Shown: piece after piece, positions 59,359 through 60,527 of the stretch
How the letters are laid out: each line of letters starts with the position of its first letter
How positions within the stretch are numbered: position 1 is the first letter of the stretch
From: Thraustochytrium aureum
Lineage: Eukaryota
DNA length: 60,527 bases
Reading direction: 5' to 3'
Assembly: GCA_012862495.1 (NCBI GenBank)
Contig: BLSG01000142.1
Location: forward strand, 100,051-160,577
Notes under the pieces: generated by a model
The model's input: only the letters and a program-made list of their open reading frames with translations
Database searches by the model: none
What the model was told of the DNA's origin: nothing
Program-made: the position numbers and the translations under genes

Positions 59359-60527
59359 TCAGCCGGAAGCGGTCGTCCCGTTGCCCCCTGAATGAGCGCG
59401 CCGAAAATAAGACTCCACAGTGCTCGCTGGAAGAACAACGGACGCCAAGTTGGCCGTCATGGACGCATCGTAGGCTTCGCTCGCAACAAGGTCCTCGTTA
59501 TCCCAGCCGATCCCCTGCACATCGCCGACGTCTGTCGTACACGCGTACTGCGTATTGCGGTGGGCCTCCGCAAGCGGCCAGTACACATAATGAAGCCAAG
59601 CACACCCCGGCAGCGTCTCACACGACGAGCGCGACTTGCGCGCCCGGCACTCCGCAGGCGTGCGCGCGGAGGTCCGCCACTCGGTGAACCTGGCTTCCTT
59701 GGTGCGAACCGAGATTCCAATCCCGTAAACGCTCCGCCCCCCGCGATCCCAAGTCGTGCAAGGAAGTGAGCGCACACCGCCCCTACTTTGGCCGCAGACG
59801 GTAGCCACCGAGTGGGCGACATTCTTTCGGGTCAGCGAGGCGTCAGGATCGCCGCGCATGAGCGGCACAAGCGACTCGCCGTCCAGGTCATAACCGAGAA
59901 CGTCGACATCCGCGAGCTCGGCGACCGTGGGAAACACGTCCACTAACTCGACGACGTGGTCACTGTCCTGCACAAGCGTGGCGCCTTGGGCGAGGAGCGA
60001 GCGCGGCGGCTTGACCACGAGCGGAACCTTGAGCGACGTGTCCATGAGCGTCCACTTGGCAAAGTGGCTAAAGCTGTCGCCAAAGTTCATGCCATGGTCT
60101 GACAGGACAAACACCGCCGTCCTGTCCCACTGCCCCGTGGCGCGGACAGTGTCCAAGATCTCGCCCACGTAGCTATCCACGAAATGGACAGCGCGAGCGT
60201 ATGCGTTCATCGCGCTGCCAAAGTCCTTCATGAACGATGCGCTGCCCCACGAGATCTCGGCGATCGGCGGCATGCCCGTCGTCGTGATCCGGTTGTGCGT
60301 GTACCCGATTCCGGGCTTGCTGGCCGCCCACGGCGCGACCTCAAAGTCGGTGTGCGGGCGAATAAATCCCGCCAAAATGAGCCACGGGACGGCCTGGCCG
60401 TTCCACCGCGCGATCCAGTCCTTGACATGCTCCTTGGTGATATAGTCGCGGCACGACGAGGCCTTGCGGTTCCACTGCTCGTTGCAATTACACGTCCGAG
60501 CGCGTTGCCCGCAGGCTGGGAAGGGAA
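59359..60527 (-). CDS. Sulfatase, iduronate-2-sulfatase-like (S1 family), C-terminal part; starts beyond the window
   Basis: PWLILAGFIRPHTDF, AYARAVHFVDSYVGEIL, VLSDHG, KWTL..LKVPLVV, VELVDVFPTVAELA, LDGESLVPL, GISVRTKEARFTEW. Confidence 0.85.
   Translation of the reverse strand, partial: PFPACGQRARTCNCNEQWNRKASSCRDYITKEHVKDWIARWNGQAVPWLILAGFIRPHTDFEVAPWAASKPGIGYTHNRITTTGMPPIAEISWGSASFMKDFGSAMNAYARAVHFVDSYVGEILDTVRATGQWDRTAVFVLSDHGMNFGDSFSHFAKWTLMDTSLKVPLVVKPPRSLLAQGATLVQDSDHVVELVDVFPTVAELADVDVLGYDLDGESLVPLMRGDPDASLTRKNVAHSVATVCGQSRGGVRSLPCTTWDRGGRSVYGIGISVRTKEARFTEWRTSARTPAECRARKSRSSCETLPGCAWLHYVYWPLAEAHRNTQYACTTDVGDVQGIGWDNEDLVASEAYDASMTANLASVVLPASTVESYFRRAHSGGNGTTASG

Overview
GC-rich, intron-poor eukaryotic nuclear scaffold with many N gaps. 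The style (dense tetranucleotide SSRs near gene starts, PTPAPT-type linkers, a flagellar CCDC180 gene, short GT-AG introns with CTGAC branch points) suggests a stramenopile protist, probably a thraustochytrid/labyrinthulomycete; this is inference only. About 18 protein-coding loci are visible: a secreted Cys-rich tandem VWD-like protein, CCDC180, CBP20, eIF3L, an RGS-RGS-DENN(PDZ) protein, PRA1, a CASTOR-like ACT protein, an OSCA/TMC-like channel, a 2xDOMON-cytochrome b561, FCF1/UTP24, a peroxisomal bifunctional enzyme, a ThDP enzyme-ALDH fusion, a PH-DysF-PH-VASt protein, a lipase, an IDS-like sulfatase and several hypotheticals. Many genes are split by 1-nt indels in short homopolymers, best read as sequencing errors. 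The standout is a single ~1,150-aa gene (38183-41645) that fuses a bacterial-type acetolactate-synthase-like ThDP enzyme (resembling cyanobacterial 2-oxoglutarate decarboxylase) to a family-21-like aldehyde dehydrogenase (NADP-SSADH in mosses). It is a candidate one-polypeptide, probably cytosolic, NADPH-generating 2-oxoglutarate-to-succinate shunt. All protein calls are by motif recognition from the sequence; no database searches were run.
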